DNA of 64,000 nucleotides from Antedon mediterranea. Lineage: Eukaryota > Animalia > Echinodermata. The position numbers and the translations under genes are program-made. The stretch is taken from NCBI RefSeq assembly GCF_964355755.1, contig NC_092674.1, positions 14,694,001 to 14,758,000 of the forward strand. The letters are read 5' to 3'. Positions 52,200-64,000 of the stretch are shown here, one piece after another (the first letter of the stretch is position 1; every line of letters starts with the position of its first letter). The notes below the pieces were generated by a model. It saw nothing but the letters and a program-made list of their open reading frames with translations. It did no database searches and was not told the DNA's origin.

Positions 52200-54427
52200 A
52201 AAGCCCTAGCCATTCTGCCGATTATCAAGAACTGTAGTACATCACATCGCAATGAATTTGTAATAATTAACGACGTAAGCGTCCGCGTCTGTCGCTTTCA
52301 ACTGGTCAATGTGTCTTTTCCACACTCGGAAAAGTATGATTTTGTACGTATGATTTTGGAGCGGTACGTTCTATCACGGTACCTGGCCACCACTTTCCCT
52401 CTTGTCGGAAATCTTTCACTAATATACCATTTCACCTGGGTAAAATTCTCGTAGATCTTTTGTTTTGTCGTGATGAAGCTTCTGATCACTCTGCTTGTTC
52501 AGTACCTTGTTTTCTGTACTGGGATGTAAAAGTGATACTCGCGTTCTCAACTCACGGCCCATGAATAACTTCGCTGGCGTTTTTCCCGTAGTTGCGTGTT
52601 TTGTTGTGCGATACGATAAAAGAAATCTGTCCAAACATTGTTGGAAATCCTTCCCATTCGCTCAGCTTGCCGCTAACGATCTTTTGAAAGATTGAACCAT
52701 TCGTTCCGCTGCTCCGTTGCTTGCGGCGTGTTGCTTTAAGAAGAATTCAAATTCGTCGCTAACAAATTGAGGTCCATTATAGCTTACAAGTTGAACAGGC
52801 AATCCGTATCTACTGAACAACTCTTTGATGGTCGTTGCACTCGTCGTACTGTTCATTTGAACGACTTCTGGCCATTTCGAATATGAGTCAACCACTACTA
52901 GATAATCTCGTTTATCTTTCTGCGCATAGTCAATATGTATTCATGTCCAAGGCTGATTTGGCCAGATGCAGGGCATCATTGGTGCTACGCTTGGTCGACT
53001 TTGTGTTTGGTGACATGCTTGACATTGCTTCACCAATCGTTCAATGTCGGAATCTATCTGGGGCCACCAGACATGACTTCGCACAATCTCTTTCATACGC
53101 ACGATTCCGGGGTGAGCACAATGAAGCTCCTCCAGAACTGCCCCTCTGAGTTTCGGTGGAATCACTACCCTGTATCTCCACAGCAAACAGTCCTGTTCTA
53201 CACTCAATTCGTCTCTTCGGTGTAGGAATGGTTTTCGATCTTCGTCGTTTTCTGACTGCCATAAACCTGTCTGTACCATGTATAACACTTTGCTCAATAG
53301 CGGGTCTTTCCTGGTATACTGTTGTACGTTCGTACTCGTGACTGGCAAATTGTCTAATGTATGCCCCGCTATGTTGTATACTGCATCGTCTTCCCGTCCT
53401 TCGTCTGGCATTGGGAGACGTGATAGTGCGTCGGGAATTACGTTCTGTTTTCCAGGAATGAACTTTAAATCGTATTCGAACGCTGACAGTACGATTGCCC
53501 ATCGCTGTAATCTCTGTGCGGCCAGTGTCGGAATAGCTGATTTAGGTCCTAGAATGCGTTCAAGTGGCTTATGATCAGTTCTTATTGTGAATTTCCGTCC
53601 GTGTAAGTATGTTCTAAACCTTTGAAGTCCAAACATGATGCTTAGGGCTTCCTTGTCTAGTTGTGCATAAACCTTTTCGTGTTTATGCAGGCTTCGCGAT
53701 GCGTACGCGATCGGTGTTTTGATATTGTTCTCATTTACGTGGCAAATGACTGCGCCAACTCCGTATGGTGATGCGTCCGTGTATAGTTCCAGTGGTTTTA
53801 ATGGGTCATAATGCGTCAACATCATGTCTTCGCTAATAATTCGCTTTACCGCGTTAAACGCTTTACTACAGTCGACAGTCCATGACCATGGTTTGCTTCC
53901 CAACAGCTCATTCAAAGGATGTATCATCGTCGATAATCGTGGAATAAATGACGCGTGATAGTTAACTAGTCCTAACCAGGATCTTAGTTCTGTTGCATTC
54001 TGTGGTGCTCGTGCATCCTTGATGGCTTTCACTTTATCGTTTGTCGGTTGAATTCCTGCTGCTGATAGCTTACGTCCCATGTAGACTACTTCCTTTTGTA
54101 CAAACGCGCATTTCTCAGCTTTCACTCTGAGACCATACTTGTTAAATCTCTCAAATAGTTTCTCAAGATTACTAATATGCTCTTTATCAGACGCACCTGT
54201 AACAAGAAAATCGTCCATGATCGCACATGTTCCTTTAAGTCCTGCTATCACCTGTTCTATGAATCGCTGCCATATGGCTGGACTGGACGAAATACCAAAC
54301 GGTAACCTCGTGTATCGATATAATCCGCGGTGCGTGTTGATCGTTACCAACTCTTGTGCCTCGTCTTCCAGTACTAATTGCTGGTAAGCACATTTCAAAT
54401 CAATCTTAGAGAATCGCTTACCCAATG
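52200..54427 (-). pseudogene. Gypsy/Ty3 pol fragment (RT, RNase H, integrase), 5'-truncated
   Basis: FSKIDLKCAYQQ, LPFGISSSP, MDD, TDASPYGVGA, TDHKPL, H..HPG..RM..C..C, VDSYSKWPE, SNGAAERMVQ; frameshifts in the integrase. Confidence 0.95.
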
Positions 54428-54829
54428 TGCGCGTGCATATACTACATAGCCAAAAGCCTATAGGATCATATAAGCACTATTGTCAAAAGGCTATAGGTGC
54501 CCATATAGACAAGCAGCCCAGAGACATTTGGTTAGATGAGCTAGGTGCCAATATCTGACTATTTAAGTGTGTTGGGGGTCACTTGAAGTCAATGAAAATG
54601 GGAGTCTGCCGGGTACCCCCTGCTGCGTCTAGACCCGAGGGACCCCGAAAGGTGCTAAAAAATCGGCCCAGGTTAGATGAGAGAGATACCACCTAATTTT
54701 ACCACCATGGGATGGGGTGGCATAGATGAGTGAGGTACCACTCAAAATTAATGCCAAATGAACAAGTTGTGTTTATACAATACTAAATGGATAACAACAG
54801 ACTAATTGTCTGCTGCACTGCAAGTGCCA

Positions 54830-55310
54830 GACACCCTAAAGTTAGACTAGAGACCCCCCTTCCCCAACTAGCCCAGCTTAGATATTGTAGATACCACCAG
54901 CAACCAATGTTATGATTTAGCACATTGTAAGCAATACCAAATGACCTATTACAGACTTTATGTACACTGCCTTGGCCCTGGCAGACCCTCTAAAGTTAGA
55001 CTAGAGACCCCCTTCCCCCAACTAGCCCAGCTTAGATATTGTAGATACCACCAGCAACCAATGTTATATGATTTAGCACATTGTAAGCAATACCAAATGA
55101 CCTATTACAGACTATATGTACACTGCCTTGGCCCTGGCAGACCCCTCTAAAGTTAGACTAGAGACCCCCCTTTCCCCAACAATACCAAATGACCTATTAC
55201 AGACTATCTGTACACTGTCTTGGCCATGACAGACTCCTCTAAAGTTTGACTAGAGATCCCATTTACCCCAAGTATAGCCTACCTTAGATATTGTAGATAA
55301 CACCAGCAGC
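54830..55310. repeat. Tandem repeat, ~155-bp unit, 2 full plus partial copies
   Basis: AAAGTTAGACTAGAGACCCC at 54838, 54992 and 55149, degenerate at 55241. Confidence 0.9.
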
Positions 55311-55931
55311 AAAAAAAAAAAAAAACCAAAACAACATGTTTAATTGAATAAAGTTTAACTTCAATCGAACTAACACAAAACAATTGAAAATACATCACAT
55401 CAATGACGATAAAATGACCATTACCATTCTAAAAGAGAAAAATAGTTTAAGAGTTTCACTTAAAACTTATATTAGCCAAATAACAAAAACTTGGTTGGAA
55501 TGTACCCAAGACATATTTTACTGACTAAACGCTGTAGTTTTACAGAAATAACTTTAAATACCTTTTTTCTAGGGACAGTACAACATATTGAACTATTTAT
55601 AGGCCTACTGTACATACAATTTTAAGTTAAAAAAAACCGATCTGTTGCCCAATGCTTTTTAGAAGAGTATAATAATTATTATTTGTAACATAATGTGGTT
55701 ATTATGTACTATTAACATTTAAACATAAAACCCAGTAGTACTAAATAAATAACCTTTACAATGAAAGTTTTCTTTTTATTTAAATAGTTCTTTGTTTTAT
55801 ATATAAATCCAAAGGCAAATTACTGAAAAAATTACAATGCTGTGGGTATCAGTGGCTGGATCTCAATGGAGATACAAAAAAAAAGCGAAAAGCTAAATCA
55901 AAACGATAAAGTAAAACAGCCAGAAAAGTTA

Positions 55932-55968
55932 GCAGAGCTTTCGGGCAACACTAATCCTTCATCAGTGC
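55932..55968 (-). ncRNA. Minimal type I hammerhead ribozyme motif (Penelope/retrozyme type)
   Basis: Minus strand GCA-CTGATGA-AGGATTAGTGTTGCCC-GAAA-GCTC-TGC: canonical core, palindromic AGCT stem III and short stem I; stem II imperfect. Confidence 0.65.
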
Positions 55969-56959
55969 AAGTGATTTATGTATATAAAGTACATTAACAG
56001 TTTGTAAGTGAAAAACTGAAGTACTGTAGCCCAATGCTTATTATAAAAGATTATGCTAATTTTGTTTAAATACCTTTTTTAATAGATACAGTACTACATA
56101 TCTATAGCCCAATGCTTATTAGAAGAGTATATTAATCATTATTTTGAACAAAGTTTGTGTATTATATAAATAACTATTACAATAAAAGTACTGTAACCCC
56201 ATGCTGATTAAAATAGTATATTTAATATATTTATAATGGAATCTACTATAACATTAAATGTGTTAAAATATGTTTAGATGTACATATTACTGACCAAACT
56301 CGGTTAAAAGTATTTAAAATAATAATTATTGTGTTTAATATATTATTTTTCTCTCTCGAAATATTGGATATTACTATGTAAACGTATAGGCCTATGTTAA
56401 AGAAAATATTATATTGTAGCCCTTGCTGCATTAGTGAGAGTTGGAAAATTGTATTGACATGGACATATAAACATTTATATTAAATAAAAAGTATAAAAAC
56501 GGTAGAATTATGAAGTATTCTGTAAATTTCTAATTTCTAAAAACAGAACATCTCAATTTCACTGTCAGAGTCATCGCTCCATTCCGACCCAGAACTTATC
56601 ATCTTCGTTGGTTTCGCTAACGCTCACAGGTACATCTTCAAAAAGTTTTTCGGGTAATGCCGATTCTGGAAACCAGTTTATTGTAAAAGTTATTTATTTA
56701 ATACACAAACTTTGTTCAAAATAATGATTATACTCTTCTAATAAGCATTGGGCTAGATATGTAGTACTGTATCTATTAAAAAAGGTCGATACGAAAAACT
56801 TTATTGTCACAAAGGCAAAAATATACAGCTATGAGATATGGGTCCTTAAGTACACTCAAGTTAGTATAAATATAACCTAAATAACAAGACTAAATAAAAA
56901 AATAAAAAGGGAAATGTAATCAAATTTATTTTATTTTTACTATTTAAGTTCAGTTCGTA

Positions 56960-57675
56960 ATATACAGAGCTGTGTGCCAGGAATATTGCGGGAATATACC
57001 ATTACCATGCCGGTATGGTTTTCTGTGAGAACGGGCCGTCTTGGCATCATACCGGCATCATGCCGGCATCGACATGACCTGCTTTAGACCTAGTAATATC
57101 CCAATGCCAGACGGGCATTCTGTGAGAACGTAACGCCGTTATATTCCGGGGTTATATTTAATTCCCCGTCGAGGCTTTGACACCTTGCGCGGTCAAGTGT
57201 ATCACTTTGGAGCCGATTCAATTCAATTAGGCCTAACAATAATAATGTCGAACTGGAGGGATAATGAGAGCTGCTTAAAATAAGGGGACAAGAAGAAATT
57301 TGTAGCATAATCTATAGACATAGGCCATTCATAGCTATTTGTTTGTTGGTGCCTGACCCTTCGTCGCCTTGCCTTGTAAATTGTACAGCCTTCTAAGGTG
57401 TTTTACAGATTGCTGATGACGGCTAATTAATTGCTGTACCTGTATAATATATGCACAATATACTGTACATAGCATGTATTTCATAAATATGCTATAAAGG
57501 AAGACTTTTTATTGGCCGAATATGCCCGACTCCTTTCTCACAGAAAGCCGGTATATTCCGGTTATATTTCCGGCACGACAGTCCGATGAGAATGGGTATA
57601 TGCCGGTAACGATACCGGCATGGCGCCAGCATCATACCGGTATATTGCAGGCACATCTGTGAGAAAGGGGCTAAA
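56960..57675. repeat. GC-richer repeat/MITE remnant with CCGGCAT and TGTGAGAA inverted/direct motifs
   Basis: Recurrent TGCCGG, CCGGTATA and TGTGAGAA motifs in both orientations; no TSD resolved. Confidence 0.45.
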
Positions 57676-57829
57676 GTGAAAGAGCAGATTGTACAACAGA
57701 AATGTAAACATAATATGTAAAATTGAATTTAACATTAAATTTTCTCATTCTACGTAGAAAGTACATTCTTTTATTACATTTGGTAGCAAGCTTATCCGCG
57801 TCGGTCAAAAAGATATCTCACGCCTTTTG

Positions 57830-59170
57830 GAAGGCTTACTACTGTAAAATTTCTAATTATTCCAAAAATAAATCACATAATTCTAACCATGCCAAAACCC
57901 AATAAATGTTTTATTGCAAAGCTCAATACATTACTTTTTTAATTTATTTGGAAATCTAGTGAGAAAATAAGTAGAAAACAAATTTGTAAAGATCACAGTC
58001 AAGGTGGTTTTAATATAGTTCAAATAGAAGTTTTTTTCAGTCCTTAAAGTTAACATAAAGAAATCTCTTTCTAATTTTGTTGTTCTTCTTATGAGTGGTA
58101 TAATATCGGGAAAAAGTGTTTTTTTAACTTCTGAAAGAAATGCCTTTTAGAATGATGTTGTAACTGTCTGGAATAATCTGAATCAAAGTAATTACCCAGA
58201 AACAAATATAGATATCCCAAGAATATTTTTGTGGGGAAATAAGTAAGTTTTAAAAACTGGTATGAAAAGGGAATAGTTCATGTTAACGATGTATTGCGTT
58301 CAGAAAAAAATTGGGAACACTTCAAAATACATTATAATATTCATTGTAACTTTTTACAGTACCAAGGTATAATTAATTCAATAAAATATAGTTACAATAT
58401 AAATAATTTGACTAAACTGCAAACACCAATAATTCCTTTTCATTTAGATATTTTTTATCAAAAATCAAACAGGGTGTAAAGCTTTTTACAACAAATTTAA
58501 AGAAAATGTTTTTGTCAGACCGAAAAGTATGAGAAAATAGAAAAGAAAAAATGAATGTCAATAAAACAGATGAGGAACTGAAACAAATGTTTCCTTCCTG
58601 TCGGACAAACAAACCTACAATTAGTTCCAATATAGAATAATTGCAACAAATGGTTTTTTGACAAAAATTGGTATTCGACAAAATGAAGCATGTACTTTCT
58701 GTGACAATGTACCTGAAACACTTCCTCATCTGTTTGTAAGCTGCAAGAATATGTAAAACCACTATGGTCAAATATAGAACACAAAATTAGTATTTCCTTT
58801 AAAAAAAATAACTTTTACAATTGATTCGATTTTGTTTGGAGATATTTCGCAATGTTTTTCTGTTAATACAATTATTATTCTTACAAAGTATCTAATTTAT
58901 AAATGTAGAATTGGTAAAACTCTGCCACGTATTAAGTCTTTAAATATTTGTTTAAGAAATTTTTTATTGATTTTAAGGTATATTGCAAGGCAAAATGGAG
59001 AATCAAATGATTTTGAGAAACAATGGTTTAGACTTTATTAATTTATTGTAATGCTAATCTTTTTTACTGCTTGTTTATAGACAAGTCTTTTTGTTTGTTT
59101 GTTTTTTTCTTTTTTTCCTTATGTGTTTCTCTGTATGAAATATGAATAAAAAAACAAAAACAAAAAAAAC
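57830..59170 (+). pseudogene. L1/Tx1-type LINE 3' end with A-rich tail
   Basis: FIWKSSEKISRKQICKDHSQGGF, CTFCDNVPETLPHLF (CCHC), AATAAA plus A-rich tail. Confidence 0.8.
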
Positions 59171-59174
59171 TTAT

Positions 59175-59410
59175 AGCCGCGTTAAAATTCCAATTTAGTT
59201 TATCGTCAATATAATTGTCAAGATATTTATTTTCTTTAACAATTTCCACCTCTTTACCATTGATCAACAGACACTCTTGGTTATGATAGCTTTCCTGAAG
59301 TCAACAACAATTTCTTTAGTTTTTTCGAGATGATTTTGAGGACACCAATTGACAAAAGAATTAACATATTCCTTATATACATCTAAGTTATTATTGTCAT
59401 CGATTGAACC
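59175..59410 (-). pseudogene. LINE (Rex1/L2-like) RT C-terminal fragment, continuing at ~60268-60370
   Basis: KTKEIVVDFRK, INGKEVEIVKENKYL...IDDKLNW; KFAEDT on the far side of the MITE. Confidence 0.7.
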
Positions 59411-59412
59411 TA

Positions 59413-60265
59413 CCGTATATTTCAGTGTATAAGTCGCACTTTTGACACGCAAATTTGACCTCTAAATTAAGGGTGCGTCTTATACACCAAACATAAATGC
59501 CTCACCACACAGATTGTACATAGGCCTAGGCTATCGTCACCTCGTTTTCTAGGCCTGAGTAGGCTAGGCCTAGCTACAGTAACTAACTAACGTAACGGCA
59601 ACCTGCTTCTGCCTAGGCCTAGTTTTCAAGTCATTTTAGCATGATGTTATACTAAATATGATGAAAAGATTTGTTCATTATGGCGCTCCGATAAAATATC
59701 ATTTGTAAACGTTTACGTCGTACGATTGGAATAGTATTTATTTATACAGTAGTTATACGCACGATCGCCGTACCCCAAGCGCAAGCCCTTCTTTTGGTAC
59801 GGTGGCACATGGCGTACGGTATTCGACTAGTATATTCTCCAGGTGATTATAGCATGGACCTAGCGTACACACTTCTCGGATACATAGATACTAATCGAAT
59901 ACGATTGTCCGTGAAAACGTGCGCCCTCTCGAAATGATCGAGCGAGGCTAGCCCACACACGTGCGTGTTACACACACGGTCATGCACTCGATGTTGCGGC
60001 GAAACTCATGAATAACAAGTTAGAAAGAACTTGTTGAGGCTGGGCGCGGCCGAGCCTAGGTAAGAAAAAACTTAAATAAAGGACGCCGTTGTAGATATAA
60101 CAAAATATATTATTACAATAATATTGATTACAATTTAAAAAAACATTGTTTTGATGAAATATAAGGTGCGTCTTATACATCGACGATATAAAAAATACCG
60201 ATATTTTACTCTCAGTTGGGGGTGCGTCTTGTACACAGGTGCGACTTATACACCGAAATATACGG
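59413..60265. mobile_element. pogo-like MITE; inverted copy of 12687-13536
   Basis: Same TIRs, TA TSD, near-identical interior. Confidence 0.92.
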
Positions 60266-60399
60266 TACTAAACAAGTGTCCTCTGCAAATTTAATAGAGA
60301 AGCATATAGTTTGGTCAATAACAGGTATAGGCCTATATGCATTATTTTTACAAAAGTCAAAAATTGCAGGTCTAGTTTCTTTAAGCTCTTATAATATGT

Positions 60400-60765
60400 G
60401 CTGATACTGCTAAATATATTTATTATGACAAGCTGTAAAGTTTAGCTAAGCTGCTAATATATTCTGAAATGCTGTAATGTGTTGCTTAAGCTGCTAAAAC
60501 TGCTAATATTTTCTGACATGCTGTTATTGGTGCTTAAGCTGCTAAAACTGCTTATATATTCTGACATGCTGTAAAGTGTTGCTTAAGCTGCTAAAACTGC
60601 TTATATATTCTGACATGCTGTAAAGTGTTGCTTAAGCTGCTAAAACTGCTAATATGTTCTGACATGCTGTAAAGTGTTGCTTTAGCTGCTAAAACTGCTT
60701 ATATGTTCTGACATGCTGTAAAGTGTTGCTTAAGATGCTAAAACTGCTAATATATTCTGACCTTC
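60400..60765. repeat. Minisatellite, 49-bp unit, about 7 copies
   Basis: GCTTAAGCTGCTAAAACTGCTTATATATTCTGACATGCTGTAAAGTGTT. Confidence 0.92.
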
Positions 60766-60779
60766 TCAAAAAATTTCAT

Positions 60780-62720
60780 CTGGTTTCAAATGGATATTTA
60801 ATAAATAAATGTTAACTTTTTAGTTAAACCAGTTGGCAAGTACTTACTTGCTACGTTTCAGCTACTTTCAGTAGCCTTGGTCACGCTAATGACGTTGACA
60901 TGATGTTCTGTCATTCGTCATAGTTCGGTGAATAGCGCCATCTCTCGTCTGATGTTCAACATTCAGCCATACATAGCCTAAAAAGAGACAAAAACATCAT
61001 GATCTTACTGGCTGATAAAGGCAGAGCTACGGTGATCATGAACACCCCAGATTACAAACGTAAGCTAAACACCATGATGAAAGATGGGGATGTGTACGAA
61101 AAACTTAAAAAGGATCCTACAAAGAAATACAAGAGAAACCTTGTGGAAATCCTAAACAGATTACTAGAAGAAAAGAAAATAACATATCAATGGAAAACCA
61201 AACTCTTCCCCACTGCAGAAATCATCCCACGATTATACTGCACACCTAAAATCCACAAACAGAACAATCCATTACGTCCAATCGTAGACAATATTAACAC
61301 AATATACTATGAAGTCTCCAAATTGCTCTCAAAATTATTATCACCTTTGGTTGGAAACACAGAATTCCATGTGGAAAATTCCAAACAATTAGCAGTCGAC
61401 ATAAAAACATGTTATATCGTTATTCACACCTATAAAACCAACAATCAACATAACACACAACACTTTACTGAAAGAAACCAAGATCCTGGAACAAGTTCAA
61501 AGAAAATTAAACACCAATTTGAAAACGGAGGACATCATGGAGCTGTTAAGCCTAGTTCTTAACACAGCATATTTCACATTCAATGGTGATATTTACAGAC
61601 AAAAAGAGCTAGGGAATGGCAATGGGCACTCCTGGCAGCCCCTTAATGGCAAATATATTCATGGAAGACTTGGAACAACGTGCCACAGAAGCAGCACCAT
61701 CACATATCAAACCGATTTTCTGGCGCAGATATGTAGACGATGTCCTGGCAATTGTACCAATTGGATTTGAAGAAGAATTCCTCCAACATCTAAACACCAT
61801 TGACCAGACAGGCCAAATAAAATTCACCATGGAGAACATGAAAAACAACGCCATCCCTTTCCTCGATACTCTAATCACTATCCAAGACAATGGTAACATA
61901 AAAACATCAGTGGTACAGAAAATCGACACACACAGACCAATACCTGCACTTTCAATCAAAACACCCACTCGAACACAAACTTAGCGTAGTCAACACCCTA
62001 GTGGACAGATGTGAATCCATCGTACGTATCAACAGAAGAAGGACAAAAACAAGAAATGAGTCATAAAAGCAGCTTTATCAACATGCGGATATCCAGACTA
62101 GAGTTTTAAAGAGTTAAAGACAAAAGGGAACATAGAAAAGCAAACAAAGACAAAGAAATAACAACAGATAAAGAAAAATCCAAAGTCAACATTGGTTTAC
62201 CATATGTCGAAGGAATGACTCAAAGGCTAAGAAGAACATTGAAACAGCACAATATAAATACATATATCACTCCCAAAAACAAATTAAGAGAAAGTCTCGT
62301 TCATCCTAAAGACAAGATTGACAAAGATCAACAGTGTGGTGTAGTCTACCAAGTAGGTTGCCACAACTGCAAGAAGGTATACATAGGGGAAACGGGCAGA
62401 GCATTAAAAACAAGAATAATAGAACACAAAACAGACGTGGAAAAAAATACGGTAGGGACAAGAACCAGGACCGCTCGCCATTAACAATCTAAAATTCTAC
62501 ACAAATCAGCTATCACAGATCACGCCACAATAGAAAATCACATACCGGATTTTGAAAATACAAAAATATTAGACAAAGAACAACACTACTTATCAAGAAA
62601 AAAAAATAAGCCATTTGGATAAGAAAAACGAATATGAACATCATCAACAGAGACCAAGGAGGACATGAACTGAGCCACATCTACGATAACTTAATAAAAA
62701 GGGACACCCAAGCATCCATT
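60780..62720 (+). mobile_element. Penelope-like retroelement (RT plus GIY-YIG), 5'-truncated and frameshifted, with a probable inverted pLTR at ~60780-60960
   Basis: ADKGRATV, PKIHK..PLRPIV, AMGTPGSP, RYVDD, PFLD, GVVYQVGCHNCKKVYIGETGR..RIIEH. Confidence 0.93.
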
Positions 62721-63687
62721 CAGGCCTGAAAATTAACCTTGAAACCATAGTGGATAAACACCTCCCCCCCCCCCCCCCCCCCCCATGCCGGGCACAAAAA
62801 ATGTATACTGTACCTCTCCCCTAATCTAAAATCCCCAACACCCACCACCTTCACACACAATATTTTTCGTGGGGATCGTATTATTCTACAGTAAAAAAAC
62901 TCGAGCCAATTTTTATGGCCTGGGTAGATTGGGTTTCAGGATCCTGGAGAATCCTGTCCTGGCCAACTATGCCTTTTTATTTACTTTAAGTTTTAGCCTA
63001 TCTATAGGCCTAGCTTTTCTAGCCTAGCTTGTTGGCCTAGAAATCAGACAGAAAACTTGAAAAGTATTTACCTGAAATTCATAAATTATACAATTCTAAC
63101 ATGGAACAGCCATTAAAATATTGATAATAAGTTACAAAGTGTCATTTTAAAATAATTAAGAAAGATATTTGATCGTGTTTACATGTGTCACACATGGGCG
63201 CACGCACAATAGGGGAGGGCTGAGCGAGAGGAGAGAGCTTCTATTCTAGAAGATGCTGACGTCACACGTCAGCACGTGTTTTGAGGAGGATTTGAGTGAC
63301 CAAAATTGGTTAGAACTTTAAGAAATAGTCCATCTTCAAAATGACATAAATATAGCAACTAAGCTTTTTAAATAATAAACATTATATTTAGGCCTCCTAT
63401 ATCAATGTTTCCTTTTAGAATTAAATATATTTTATTAACTCGTTCCATAAAAACATGTCGTAAGCATAAAAGGAAAAATTATTGGTTGGGACATGTGCTT
63501 CCTGTAAAGGAGGTGTTTCTATGACACCGTACTGGTTGCACTATGAGGCGATGAAGTAAACTCGCCATTGACTGCAGGCAGCAGGGGAATCCCCTTTGTT
63601 GGTACCTCGCACTGTGAGATGGAGCGCGATTAATTGCTCTCCTTTATTTTCCTTAAAAACGAGGGACTGCCATATAGGCTTGTAGGC

Positions 63688-64000
63688 GGGTGTCACGAAA
63701 GCTCAGACCACGAAAGCTCAGACCCCCTAAGACCTAAGATCACGAAAGCTAAGACCCAACACCTAAGATTACAAATACTAAGATATACTACAGCTTAAAA
63801 ACAATACTTGTTTATCCATACATAATTTTAAACACAGTAGGTTTCATTTATTACCATAAATATAATTTAATACTACCGCAAAACATAGATAAACTCACAT
63901 TATTTTCGCCCGTTGAGTAAATGTATATTTTTTCTTTACAACAAACAAACTTGACGGGTTGTTTGTTGGTATATATTTACTCCATTGTGTTGCTTCAGAG
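63688..64000. mobile_element. Second (inverted) copy of MITE 2561-3642, running off the window
   Basis: GGGTGTCACGAAAGCTCAGACC...; interior is the reverse complement of ~3335-3560. Confidence 0.9.

Noticed and set aside
53041-53574. Overlapping alternative-frame ORFs within Gypsy pol (and within the helicase and Harbinger genes)
   Set aside because: Shadow ORFs of real coding sequence
60400-60765. CRISPR-like array
   Set aside because: Contiguous 49-bp units without unique spacers; eukaryotic context; no cas genes

Overview
AT-rich eukaryotic DNA, probably from an invertebrate animal (inferred from GT-AG introns and the TE families present). Almost all of it is nested transposable elements. 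The first ~28.5 kb is a decayed endonuclease-bearing Helitron (Helentron: K/R-rich N-terminal repeats, Rep, PIF1 helicase, AP endonuclease) interrupted by two large insertions. The first is a 12.57-kb DNA transposon (8517-21087; 9-bp TSD AAGCAGAGT; ~125-bp TIRs built from TGCGAGGCA motifs; duplicated left end). It appears to encode one spliced protein: an OTU-like cysteine protease, a GCM-like Zn domain, a Mutator-type DDE core, a SWIM finger and a further Cys finger. The second is a 3.07-kb PIF/Harbinger element (TAA TSD; transposase plus MADF gene) inside the endonuclease domain. The Mutator-like element itself carries pogo-like and hAT-like MITEs, giving four levels of nesting. The rest of the window holds a mini LTR element, an Academ-like non-autonomous element, HINE-type non-autonomous Helentrons, Gypsy pol/integrase remnants, CR1/L2/Tx1 LINE fragments, a Penelope element, hammerhead-ribozyme motifs, minisatellites and a few possible host exons. 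All calls come from reading motifs by eye; no database search was run.
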